54,589 bases of DNA. It comes from a virus. Taxonomy: Duplodnaviria; Caudoviricetes. Of the stretch, positions 34,301 to 43,214 are shown in pieces (the stretch's first letter is position 1; the number at the start of each line of letters is the position of its first letter). The position numbers and the translations under genes are program-made. The notes beneath the pieces are model-generated. The model was not told where the DNA came from. It did no database searches and was given only the letters and a program-made list of their open reading frames with translations. The stretch covers positions 1 through 54,589 of the IMG/VR virus record IMGVR_UViG_3300022752_000087; one strand, 5' to 3'.

Positions 34301-37300
34301 AGGTAGCCCCCGGTGAAGCGTTCGGCCTGCGCGCCAAGGAGCGTGAAGTCGTCCGCGAGGAAGCGCCTGCCGAGGTGGCCAAGGACCTGTCTGCCACCGA
34401 CGTGGATTACCGCGAACTCAACAGCGATGTGGTTGCGGCGCGGGACGCCAAGGAAATCTACCCGCTTCAGGCTCGCGTCCTTCAGGATATGATCGCTGCG
34501 CGCAAGCCGCTGGGTGAAATCCGCCGCGCGCTCGTCGGCTTCACAAACGCAAACAAGTCTCTGACGATGAAGCAGGAGGTCGAACGCGAGGACTCCCTCG
34601 CTAGTCTCGCTTCTGCTCTTGTCACAGCACTAGGGGTCAAGATCAAAGCAACCATCAAGGGGTCCACCAAGACCAAGATGGATATTAGGGGTATTACTGA
34701 GGGGTTGTCTCCGAGGGAAGCTACGACTGCTGTCCTCCAGTGGATAGTAGACAATGCAAAGTCCCCGCTCGACCGGCGACTTGCTGCGAAGCTGCTGCGG
34801 AATGGGATGGGCAATACATACTTGCTCACTCAAGATTCGGTTGAGGCCAAACTGTTTGGTACAACTACCCGTTCGCCGGATGGGAACAGCGTTGTTGTAC
34901 TGTTTGGTCCGCAGGGCTTCAACGTAGAGACCGCGCTACACGAACTGCTTCATGCCTATGTTCAGCAGCGGTGGGTCGGCCTTGCAGTCTATAACCCCCG
35001 GAACAAACTGACCGACCAGAATGACCGCTTGATTGCGGAGTTCCAAGACCTGTGGCGGGGGCTTCGTGCGGGTGTTGAGCGCAATTTTCCCTCGCTATCC
35101 AACGCCTCGCTATGGCGGTCCGCGCTCCAGAACCCGGACGAACTTCTGTCGTGGGTAATGACCAACGACAATATCAAAGCGTTTATGGAAACCATTACCC
35201 CGGACGGTAAGCCCATCAAGACGGAGAAAAACTCCCTGTGGGTTGCCTTCAAGAAGTGGCTGATGAAGCTTGTTGGGTTGAAGTCCATGCCGTCCGAGAT
35301 CACCGCGCTCGACCGCATTCTTCAGATGGGTGAGGACATTGTTGACTCTGGTGCCGCTGTCCGTGTCGGCGTAGTTTCCTCAGGTACGCAGGAGATAGTC
35401 AACGAGCAGCGCGGCGGTCGTACCGAACGTATGATCAACGGTATGCCGTCCTCACTGCGCGACCCGGTGCGTACTGTCACTGACACGTTCGGTGGTCTGG
35501 GTGCCCGCACTGTCGCTCGCTTCGGTCTGATGAACCAGCTTATCGACTTTGCTGTGAGTAAGGGGATCAGCACTGCGCGTAGGTTTGCACGCCTTAGCCG
35601 TGAACGCGGTGCCATCGTCGAGCGGCAGCAGGCAGCCTTCGTCAAGTGGGCTGAGGACCATGCGACCCTTCCCAAGAAGGAGCGCGGCGTTGGTGCGGGT
35701 ACGGTCAACGGCCTGATTGAAGCCATGACCCGGCAGGAAGCATGGGGCTTTGCCCCTGACTACTTCACGGGTGAGGACAAGGGCACCAAGATCAAGATCG
35801 ATCCTGACCTTGAGCAGTGGTATCAATCGCTGTCGCTGGCCGGGCAGAAGTCCGTCCGTGAAGCCTTCCGTCTGAATTACAACTCACTCAAGCAGATGCA
35901 GGAAGCTGTCGTCACGGCGACCAACACGGAGTACGATGCTCTCATCGAGGGCACCCCCGACGCGGATGCAAAGAAGAAGTTGGAGGAGGCCAAGGCAAAC
36001 AGCCTGACCCAGTTCCGCACGCTGCTTAAGATCGAACCGACGCGCCCCTACGCTCCGCTCACTCGCTATGGTGACTGGGTTGTGGTTGGTCGCTCGCAGG
36101 AACTTCTCGACGCCATGGAGGCAGGGGACTTCAAGACTATCGGCAAGCTGGAACTGGATGAGCGCCACTACTTCGTGGACTTTGCGGATACCCGTGCCGA
36201 GGCAGCCAAGATGCAGCGGGAAATCCAGTCCACCTATGGCACCGGACCAGACAACGCGGTCTTCTTCCTGAAGAACAAGGCCGAGGACGACATGTTCGGC
36301 GGGCGCGACATGATGTACGCCTTCCAGCGGTTGAACAGCCTGATCGAAGCACGGGGTCTGAACCCTGACCTCTCGCGCCAACTGCGCCAGACTGCGACTC
36401 AGCTTCAGCTTATGGCCATGGCAGCCAGCAGCGCACGTAAGGGTGAACTGCGTCGGCGCAACATCGCCTCCGGCGATCTCGACATGGTCAAGGCGATCCT
36501 GTCCCGTGGTCGTGCGTCAGCGCATTTCGTCGGTGCTGTTTACAAGAACAGTGAAATCCTCGATGCGCTCCGGCAGATGGAGCGGGAGACCAAGGCGCGC
36601 GGTGAAGGCCGCGAAGACCGTCAGGCTGCCTACAATGGCATCGTCGCTCGCTACGTTGACGGGCTTCAGGGTCGGGTCCAGAACACGCTGGCCGATACGC
36701 TGACCTCGTACACATCTGTGTGGATGTTGGGCTTCTCGCCTAGCTACTATATCCAGCAGGGGCTTCAGAACCTGATGCTCACGCTGCCAGAGATGGCTGC
36801 ACGCCATGGGTATGGCGACTCGATGCGCGCACTTCGCGCCGGATATGGTCAGGTAATGAAGGCTTGGGATGGCAGCCGTCTGACTGAGCAGCTTGACCTC
36901 GACAAGGTCGATGAGAAGTACCGCGCTCTCGCCATGTTCCTCGCTGAGTCGGGCGAACTCGATGTGGGTATCAACAAGGAGATGGGCCTCATCACCTCGG
37001 ATGGCGACGGCTTTATCTCCAACACGTTCAAGCGTGTGATGGACCGCATCCGTGGCCTGACCCGCAAGATCGAAGCGATCAACCGTCTGTCTGCCGGTGT
37101 CGCCATGTACGATCTGGAACTTAGCAGCACGCGCGGTACGCCGCCGACCTATGATGCCGACGCTTATCGGTCCTACGTGAAGGACTTCCGCAAGGCACAC
37201 CCTGATATGTCGCCGCTTACTGAGCGCCAGTTTGCTGCGGCTAACGCCGCAATGCGCCTGATCACCGATACCCATGGTAACTACTCCATGGAGAACGCGC

Positions 37301-38316
37301 CGTTGTTCCTGCGTGGTACACTCGGGCGAGTGCTCGGCCAGTTCCAGAAGTTCCGCGTCATGATGGCGGGTCTGTATGTGCGTGAGTTCTACAACGCCTT
37401 CCGTGATCCTAGCCTGTCGCCGGAGGAGCGGCGTGTTGCCCGCCGTGCGCTCATGTTCCTGTCTGGTCATGCCGCCATCGTCGGTGGTCTGATCGGCTCG
37501 CCTGCCGCTGCCATCTTCATGCTGGTCTATAACATGCTGTCCGGTGACGACGAGGAACGCGGTGATCTGGAGCGTGATATCCGTCAGGCCGTGGGTGATG
37601 ACACACTGGCAAACTTGTTGCTACGTGGTGTACCGACGCTGTTCGGAGTAGATGTTTCCGGTACGCTGGGTCAGGGTAACCTGCTCTCGGTCGCTCCCTA
37701 TGCAGAACTGCCTTCGGACCGCGATACCTACGCCAAGTACATCCTCTCGCTGACCGGTCCTGCTATCGGCGGTGTCGGTGCAAACGCAGCGGACGCAGCA
37801 GCGCTGCTCTCGGACGGCAACTACTACAAGGCGCTGGAGAAGCTCATGCCTCGCGGTATCGGTGCAGCATCCAAGTCCCTGCGTGAGGCTGTGGCCGGTG
37901 AGACCACCATGCGAGGAGATGTTCTGACGCAGCCTATCGATCTCAATGCGGTCGAAGCGTTCTGGGGTACGCTTGGTCTGGCTCCTATCTCGCGGGTCAA
38001 CCGGCAGTACGCGCGCAACGAGTTCTACAAGGACCAGAAGTTCTATCAGGACCGGGCAGCGGATATCAAGCGGGCCTATACCGAGGCGTCGAAGAGCAAG
38101 GACTCAGCCACGATGGAGTCGCTCAAGCTGGAGTGGCGGGGCCTGCAAGCTGCGCGCCGCGAACGTGGTCTCAAGGTCCAGCCGGTACTCGATCTGGTCA
38201 AGGCACCGCGTGAACAAGCCAAGCGTGAGAAGCAGACTGTCGGTGGTATTCCGTTCACGACAGGGACCAAGGGGCGGGCCGAGCAAATCGCTGAGACTGC
38301 TGGCACCGCCCGATAA
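31396..38316 (+). CDS. Large ejection / polyvalent protein (HExxH metallopeptidase-like and PLxRFG-like domains)
   Basis: 2306 aa, last gene of the late operon; LHELLH at about 34939; YAPLTRYG at about 36049. Confidence 0.85.
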   Translation: MAQAGLFTNPLTAATGGPASSLNPLVSTPAPPATGLDVLQQSLADIAVIGENARQRVTIAAPQVAPQTAPTIAYSPSTKQFFVQGQVFTEDDAQKALETEALLSQPGGVPLPQGDWVPIDQQSYSGYLGRIKNPTLSTLFTKGFGRGVDSMQLLAGRGLQLAGAEKFGGDIVKQQVEDLRRTTPYERRFSEIKTGDDAVQWFVANLAEQGPNLLESVAVAVAGAAAGTATGGPGLGTVGGAIAGLAGKSAFKQAVLAAARKQIAGEVLEAAERKILKTAAGIAGATAVSYANNVAIGASDIYGELRDRGADPNDVNAKMTALMGSIPYAALETLPEFLLAGRVLGGVAAPRAMAAGTGVVRRGAELLRRGAVGGAIGALGEGSTELGQEALLLGLSDQDLSKPENIQRLIDSFAAGAAIGGPIGAVANLRGHKPANLLDPGQNADDGAGTAAGGTPQLGGPGPVPLLTGPSTALGPAVEQVDGTPYTPRTDISGLVSGQQQLMLPPPGAVLQVQGQPDFVVDEDGNIRQATPDDVVVGISDRGFVPATAPGTQGVLDVFPGSQTTVRELRGMMEAPAGEPTALLQPEGVTGEVPTGDINLDQEVLPFESGLAPRYLGPAPTPAGTLAENPVLRAAREAMLRRQTQEQQFAGVQPTVTPEVGALGQRLAESQPFLDVMGTEGRLLAEPQYGATEEEARQAWLDTKSGRTRNWNQLSQNVRNQWIDALNGSYTADDLKQIKRDLSSAESAARLTKTQPRTVVTGAITPTPVFKKEAPRAAKKPKATALAKGKQTRVAEPVGAKPAARPAPTGTRVVKAQESRQAPTVTVQDVKADPQYKPTMAALDAAVKDGTITGRDRMKLLVDLNKDGDFELVKDELAAKRAAAAKKPVAKPAPMATAKPAPKAAALKKGKPTLTYDAVRQEVIDAADADIISQEQYDTLIAGIDRRTSTPDRIKAQLDYLIKGGTIKKVAPGEAFGLRAKEREVVREEAPAEVAKDLSATDVDYRELNSDVVAARDAKEIYPLQARVLQDMIAARKPLGEIRRALVGFTNANKSLTMKQEVEREDSLASLASALVTALGVKIKATIKGSTKTKMDIRGITEGLSPREATTAVLQWIVDNAKSPLDRRLAAKLLRNGMGNTYLLTQDSVEAKLFGTTTRSPDGNSVVVLFGPQGFNVETALHELLHAYVQQRWVGLAVYNPRNKLTDQNDRLIAEFQDLWRGLRAGVERNFPSLSNASLWRSALQNPDELLSWVMTNDNIKAFMETITPDGKPIKTEKNSLWVAFKKWLMKLVGLKSMPSEITALDRILQMGEDIVDSGAAVRVGVVSSGTQEIVNEQRGGRTERMINGMPSSLRDPVRTVTDTFGGLGARTVARFGLMNQLIDFAVSKGISTARRFARLSRERGAIVERQQAAFVKWAEDHATLPKKERGVGAGTVNGLIEAMTRQEAWGFAPDYFTGEDKGTKIKIDPDLEQWYQSLSLAGQKSVREAFRLNYNSLKQMQEAVVTATNTEYDALIEGTPDADAKKKLEEAKANSLTQFRTLLKIEPTRPYAPLTRYGDWVVVGRSQELLDAMEAGDFKTIGKLELDERHYFVDFADTRAEAAKMQREIQSTYGTGPDNAVFFLKNKAEDDMFGGRDMMYAFQRLNSLIEARGLNPDLSRQLRQTATQLQLMAMAASSARKGELRRRNIASGDLDMVKAILSRGRASAHFVGAVYKNSEILDALRQMERETKARGEGREDRQAAYNGIVARYVDGLQGRVQNTLADTLTSYTSVWMLGFSPSYYIQQGLQNLMLTLPEMAARHGYGDSMRALRAGYGQVMKAWDGSRLTEQLDLDKVDEKYRALAMFLAESGELDVGINKEMGLITSDGDGFISNTFKRVMDRIRGLTRKIEAINRLSAGVAMYDLELSSTRGTPPTYDADAYRSYVKDFRKAHPDMSPLTERQFAAANAAMRLITDTHGNYSMENAPLFLRGTLGRVLGQFQKFRVMMAGLYVREFYNAFRDPSLSPEERRVARRALMFLSGHAAIVGGLIGSPAAAIFMLVYNMLSGDDEERGDLERDIRQAVGDDTLANLLLRGVPTLFGVDVSGTLGQGNLLSVAPYAELPSDRDTYAKYILSLTGPAIGGVGANAADAAALLSDGNYYKALEKLMPRGIGAASKSLREAVAGETTMRGDVLTQPIDLNAVEAFWGTLGLAPISRVNRQYARNEFYKDQKFYQDRAADIKRAYTEASKSKDSATMESLKLEWRGLQAARRERGLKVQPVLDLVKAPREQAKREKQTVGGIPFTTGTKGRAEQIAETAGTAR

Positions 38317-41163
38317 TCAGATGACTTTCATCTGACCCAACACCTGCGCGTCATATGCTTGGTCTGCCTCTTCAAGGATACCATGCAAGCGCGGGTGGTT
38401 GAGGTTCAGGGCGATGGCATAGCACTGCCCCATCTTGATGTCGGTCCCCTTGCCGAGATATGCCTTGTCGTTCCTGAGCGGCAGCATGATGCCGTCTCGC
38501 GCGAAGTCCTTAACGATCTGTCGGTAGTCAGCGTTGTGCATCGCCAGCCACTGCTTGAGGTGGGTCCGGTCGATAGTCAGGGTACCATGGTCAAACACAC
38601 CGTTGGGTGCCTTGCGCATCACATCATAGCGTAGTCGCACTTCACCGTGCGGCATCCGATGTAGCAGCGGAACAGGCTGCTGCCCAATAGTGTGCATCAC
38701 CGTGACGCTCACACGCACGTTGTCATTGAGGTACTCGGACAACACATCATAACTGTCCATCCGGTTGGCGGCGATGCTCTCGCGGACAGCGCCAGCTTGG
38801 TTCAACGCCCACTGTGTACCCTTCTTATAGTCGAACTTGAACCAACCCTGCTCGACGGCGATCTTCGATGCCAGATCAGCAAGCACAATCGTGGTTTCCC
38901 AGAAGCGCTCTTCACCGCTGAAGTCCACATTGTAGCGCTTACCAAACGAGGCCATAGCATCTTCGACCATTGCTTTGATGGCAGGTCGCCCCATGGCCAG
39001 CAGGTACTCCACGAACTTGGGTCCGATGTGACCGTAGTTCCCAGTGACAAGCTGAAACATCTTGCGACCAGCATTGGTACCAGCGGCGAAGACCGGATGC
39101 ACATCGAACATCACTTCAAGGAGGCGCATCTTCTGGGCATCGGAGGCACTACCCATCATCTCCAGTTTGGTAGCCAGTGGTACGTTGGTCGAGACCATCA
39201 GGGGGAGTGCCCATGTCTTGGTCTCACGTTCCTCAGAGTTGCGGTTGAGGCGGGCCTTGTCCCGACCCTGTGTCACCATATACAGGAACTCACCGACTTC
39301 CTTCTCGTTGGCGATGGTCGCCTCGTCGATGGTCATTGGCATGTTGGAGTACAGGCCAAGCCGGTTATACAGACTGTTCTGCGTGAACTTGGCTGCGAAG
39401 TGCAGCTTCTGTGGGTCACCCCAGAGGGCTTGCACCATCAACTGCGCCAGTGTCTTGCCGGTGCCTGATGGACCATAGAGCGATACCGTCACACCGTTGA
39501 GGCCGGTGAACGCGAGCAGCGGCGCGGAGAGACCCACCCCGATGGCAAACATATGGCCGTACATTTTACCTGCCGCAAGCACACTGGTGAGGCTGGACAT
39601 AGCGTTCTCGTCTCCAGCGGAGCAGAACAGTTCCCCACCTAGTCGGCTGCTCGTACTGCTCAGGGTAACCGCCTCGCGGGTCACGGTGCCGTCATCCATA
39701 CGGCGGATGATCGTGTTGCCATGTACGAACTGAGTGTAGTTCTCCTTCCACCCCATGCTGTTGTGGAGGTTGGTCATCGCGCGCATCTCGCGCAGCTTGT
39801 CCATGTATGAGCGCATCATAAACTGAAACATCTCTGTTTGGCGTGCTGTCTTGAGGACGATCCCCTGATCAGCCACAGCGGTGGCGAACTCCTTCATGCG
39901 AGTGTCGGTCAGGTACGCCTGCCGTAGTGTAAGCTCCTGCCACCCGACATGCTTGCGGTTCCAATGGTAGCGGACCGTCTCGTACCCAAGGGACTCGTCT
40001 CGGCCATAACCGACCGGGTAGATATCAAACGGGCAGATATCGATGTCCGTGCCGTCCACAGTCTGCTTGATACCCGACGAGGTGCGCTTGTAGCTACGTG
40101 GCAGAGGGACCGCCGCACCGATCTTGTCGGGTGCACTCTCGGTGATCTCCACAGCTTGGTACTGCGCACCGATCTGCGTCGGCGTTGTGATCTTGTCGGC
40201 AAACTTGCAGCCTACGCAACCCTTGGTCCGCTCCTCCTTGAACTTCTTGCAGGTGGTAGGACCAGAGACCGACTGCTTCCAGTGCTCCATCTTGCGCAAC
40301 GTGCGGGCATGTTCGTAGTCTGGGTGTTGTCTGGACCAAGCTACAGCAGTGGCTTCTGGATCGGAGCAGTACGCTGCGATACCCAGCATGGCGTACCAGA
40401 ACGGCTCACTGACATCCTTCTGGTTCTCGATACCCCACTTGATCTGCTGACACTTCGACGCGACCACATCAGCGTTGGCCTCCGGAAACTCCTGCTCAAC
40501 GGCGAGAGCTTGTGACAACACGCTAGTACGTGTGTGTTTGTTTGGCGGCAGACTTACTGCGGGGACGTATCCGGCCAGCTTCGAGCGCATCATATCCGGG
40601 GTCACCGGCTGGGCATCGATCAACAAACGGACAGTGTTACCACCCTTCGGGTTGATCGTCCCCACAGGACGCAGCACTCGCGCGCTATCAGCGGGCACAG
40701 TCGGGTCGATCTCAAGGCCGTGGGTAGCGCAGGCTGCCTTCAGTGCCAGACCCAGTGGTTTCCACTGATCTGGCTCAAGCTCCTCGGTGAGAACCCAGTA
40801 CACATGCAGGCCGTTGCCCGAGAACACGATCATGGGTTTAGGCAGCGCCATCGCGCCGATGAAGTTGCTGAGTTCCTTCAGACCCTCACGCCAATCTGCG
40901 TAGGGCTTGTCTGCGCCGCAGTCGATGTCGAGCATCAGGGTCTTCAGCGTGCGCGCGTTGTCTTGACTCCTCTTCCCCTTCTCTTGGAAGGCAGCCACTG
41001 CGTAGTATGCATTGCCGCCTCTCTGGCTTATCCGTTGTACCGATTGCGCTAGGTCATCCACCGAGGTGAACCAGCCGTGCATCATCCCCTGATCAGTGAG
41101 GTTGGCGCTGGCGTAGTGCCCGCTTTCGGGGAGAACCCGCTTGAGAAATGTCGCTGTGTCCAT
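38317..41163 (-). CDS. Primase-helicase (primase N-domain plus DUF927-like P-loop domain)
   Basis: LDIDCG..K.Y and SGNGLHVYW primase motifs, C..F...C.GC Zn site, Walker A GPSGTGKT, Walker B TIDE. Start taken at ATG 41163 after AGGGG. Confidence 0.9.
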   Translation of the reverse strand: MDTATFLKRVLPESGHYASANLTDQGMMHGWFTSVDDLAQSVQRISQRGGNAYYAVAAFQEKGKRSQDNARTLKTLMLDIDCGADKPYADWREGLKELSNFIGAMALPKPMIVFSGNGLHVYWVLTEELEPDQWKPLGLALKAACATHGLEIDPTVPADSARVLRPVGTINPKGGNTVRLLIDAQPVTPDMMRSKLAGYVPAVSLPPNKHTRTSVLSQALAVEQEFPEANADVVASKCQQIKWGIENQKDVSEPFWYAMLGIAAYCSDPEATAVAWSRQHPDYEHARTLRKMEHWKQSVSGPTTCKKFKEERTKGCVGCKFADKITTPTQIGAQYQAVEITESAPDKIGAAVPLPRSYKRTSSGIKQTVDGTDIDICPFDIYPVGYGRDESLGYETVRYHWNRKHVGWQELTLRQAYLTDTRMKEFATAVADQGIVLKTARQTEMFQFMMRSYMDKLREMRAMTNLHNSMGWKENYTQFVHGNTIIRRMDDGTVTREAVTLSSTSSRLGGELFCSAGDENAMSSLTSVLAAGKMYGHMFAIGVGLSAPLLAFTGLNGVTVSLYGPSGTGKTLAQLMVQALWGDPQKLHFAAKFTQNSLYNRLGLYSNMPMTIDEATIANEKEVGEFLYMVTQGRDKARLNRNSEERETKTWALPLMVSTNVPLATKLEMMGSASDAQKMRLLEVMFDVHPVFAAGTNAGRKMFQLVTGNYGHIGPKFVEYLLAMGRPAIKAMVEDAMASFGKRYNVDFSGEERFWETTIVLADLASKIAVEQGWFKFDYKKGTQWALNQAGAVRESIAANRMDSYDVLSEYLNDNVRVSVTVMHTIGQQPVPLLHRMPHGEVRLRYDVMRKAPNGVFDHGTLTIDRTHLKQWLAMHNADYRQIVKDFARDGIMLPLRNDKAYLGKGTDIKMGQCYAIALNLNHPRLHGILEEADQAYDAQVLGQMKVI

Positions 41164-41177
41164 GGGTGCCCCTGCGT

Positions 41178-41201
41178 TGGTGGGGGTGTAAACCCCCACC
41201 A
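41178..41201. terminator. Intergenic hairpin
   Basis: TGGTGGGGGT-GTAA-ACCCCCACCA between the HTH and primase genes. Confidence 0.6.
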
Positions 41202-41203
41202 TA

Positions 41204-41485
41204 TCAGCTTTGGTCGAGTAGTTCTATGAGGCGTTCCTTCCTCGCTTTTTGGTCTGCGGCAATCACCTCTGGCATAGGCCATTTGTGATCCGTCATCACA
41301 GCAAGCAGGCGCTTCAGCATTGTCCGAACGTGTAGCTGGTTGCCCTTCCGCATGGGTTTGCCCGCTACCCAGCTATAGTACGTCATTCGGGATACCCCCA
41401 ACAACTCGGACATATCCCGAGTTGTCAGGAGCATATGCTTTCGCAGCGCCTCCACTTTCGTGAAGTCGAGCGAGTTAGGCGTCAT
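41204..41485 (-). CDS. XRE-type helix-turn-helix protein
   Basis: LRKHMLLTTRDMSELLGVSRMTYYSWVAGK. Confidence 0.85.
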   Translation of the reverse strand: MTPNSLDFTKVEALRKHMLLTTRDMSELLGVSRMTYYSWVAGKPMRKGNQLHVRTMLKRLLAVMTDHKWPMPEVIAADQKARKERLIELLDQS

Positions 41486-42455
41486 CGGCGTCTAGCCCCC
41501 CAACAAGCGCAGCGATCTCGTCGGCCAGTGTCATGGCATCGCTGTCGGCTTCGACCACCACAGGGGCAGGCTTCGCCTTGGCTGCCTTCGGCGCTTCCGC
41601 CTTTGGTTCAGCCTTGGCTGCACCGAAGCCACGCTTCGGAGTCTCAGTTGCTTCGGGCGCAGGGGCAGGGGCTTCTTCCACAACGCGGACCGGAGCAGGC
41701 TTCGGTGCAACTGCCGCAGGGGCTGCGGCCTCAGCGGACTGAGAAGCGATCACCTTCTCACCCGTGATCTCCTTGACTTCATCGCTGCCAAACAGCTTAT
41801 CGACAACTTCCTGTTCGTGGGCTTCGAGGAACCCACCGAACCCGAACTTCAGCTTCGGGAACGAGGCATCGGTGTCGAACGACAGCACGGTCTTGACCAC
41901 CTCGGGCGGGATACCACGGACAGACAGTTCCTTCTGGTACTGGTTCAGACCCTTGAGTGCGGCAGGCGTGACCTGAAGCAGATAGATCGGACCCTCGGGG
42001 TCTTCGGCAGCCACGATAGCGAGGCGCTTCTGATCCGAGCAAGCCTTGATCTGCTGACCATTACCGCTGATCTTGGAACCCCAAGCGTTCTTCGGGCACG
42101 AGGCACACAGATCGTTCTCAGCGTTCTGCACAGATGCGTCAGGGCCGATACCGTCGAGCGAGAAGCAGTCCGGACCGGTGGGTTCATCGTTCGGGTCCCA
42201 CTGCTTGGCATAGTAGGTCTTCGACAGGCGCGGGTTAGCACCGACGATCACGACATTGAGTTTGGTCTGATCGAGGACCGTCTCGGTCTTACCCTCCACG
42301 ATGCGGAAGCGCGAACCCTTAATGCTGATGCGAGGATAGCTCTCGCCAGCGGCCAGACCGGAGGCAATCGAAGATGCCAGCGACGACTGCTGACCCATAC
42401 GAGCAGCGATGTGTGCGGGGACTTGGATGTTGGCAGGGATAAGTGAAGTGCTCAT
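41475..42455 (-). CDS. Conserved replication-module protein, possible ssDNA-binding protein with Zn site
   Basis: PRISIKG..F, CFSLDG...C..CP.N.WGS...C motifs; Ala/Pro linker and acidic tail. Function inferred. Confidence 0.6.
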   Translation of the reverse strand: MSTSLIPANIQVPAHIAARMGQQSSLASSIASGLAAGESYPRISIKGSRFRIVEGKTETVLDQTKLNVVIVGANPRLSKTYYAKQWDPNDEPTGPDCFSLDGIGPDASVQNAENDLCASCPKNAWGSKISGNGQQIKACSDQKRLAIVAAEDPEGPIYLLQVTPAALKGLNQYQKELSVRGIPPEVVKTVLSFDTDASFPKLKFGFGGFLEAHEQEVVDKLFGSDEVKEITGEKVIASQSAEAAAPAAVAPKPAPVRVVEEAPAPAPEATETPKRGFGAAKAEPKAEAPKAAKAKPAPVVVEADSDAMTLADEIAALVGGLDADDA

Positions 42456-42476
42456 AAGTTCTCCTGAGATGAGCGA

Positions 42477-42803
42477 TTAGAACGGGGGGTATGCTAGCTT
42501 CGTAGTGCCTAGTGACCCACCAGTCAGCGCCAGTTCCATCTGCGCGTTACCCACCAGTTTGTTGATGGCGCTCTGTGAGACGATGTAGTCGGCAATTGCT
42601 TGGTGATCCTTACAGTATGCCAAGGTGGGCATTCGCAGGGTGTTGATCGGTCCCTCTGCGGAAAACACCCGGACTATGTAACCGTTGTCAATCTTGTACG
42701 CTTGGATCGACGGCTGATCCCTAAGCACGTTGTGCGCGGGACGAAGCGTCTCTTCGTAGCGGTCCTCCTCCTTGAAAAGCCACCGTTTCAACCACTTACG
42801 CAT
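42477..42803 (-). CDS. Hypothetical protein
   Basis: RBS GGAG; co-oriented. Confidence 0.7.
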   Translation of the reverse strand: MRKWLKRWLFKEEDRYEETLRPAHNVLRDQPSIQAYKIDNGYIVRVFSAEGPINTLRMPTLAYCKDHQAIADYIVSQSAINKLVGNAQMELALTGGSLGTTKLAYPPF

Positions 42804-42807
42804 GTCG

Positions 42808-43212
42808 TTACTCCTCTACTTTAGTGGTGGGTTTACGGATGTTGACCTCCAGCTTGGTGCCATAGTTCACACCCGGTGGTACTGACTTGTTCTCCTCGAT
42901 GTACCCGCGCACGGCGATCTTGCTGACACGCTTCTCCAGCATATCGTATGCCTCGTTCTCGCGGATGTAGGTGAGTACAGCATCCCAGTCTGCCACGTTC
43001 GCATAGTCGGTGGTAGTCAGAAACGCAGTGCCGTGCTTGGTCTTGAATGAGGTGACGCCTTGCGCGTCAGCCTGCTGTTTGATCCACGCTTCGAGCTTCT
43101 CCATCTTCGCCTTGATCTCGGAGATTTCCTCCTTGACCTTTGTCTCGATGGCTTCCTTCTTCCGGCGCAGGATCATGTATACGCCGATGGCGCTGTCCAC
43201 TGTCACAGTCAT
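42808..43212 (-). CDS. Conserved phage protein (coiled coil plus V.DWD motif)
   Basis: RBS GAGG; typical replication-module gene. Confidence 0.8.
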   Translation of the reverse strand: MTVTVDSAIGVYMILRRKKEAIETKVKEEISEIKAKMEKLEAWIKQQADAQGVTSFKTKHGTAFLTTTDYANVADWDAVLTYIRENEAYDMLEKRVSKIAVRGYIEENKSVPPGVNYGTKLEVNIRKPTTKVEE

Positions 43213-43214
43213 CG

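Noticed and set aside
41164-41202. Upstream start of the primase ORF at 41202
   Set aside because: Lies within an intergenic hairpin; ATG 41163 has a purine-rich RBS and a more plausible N-terminus.
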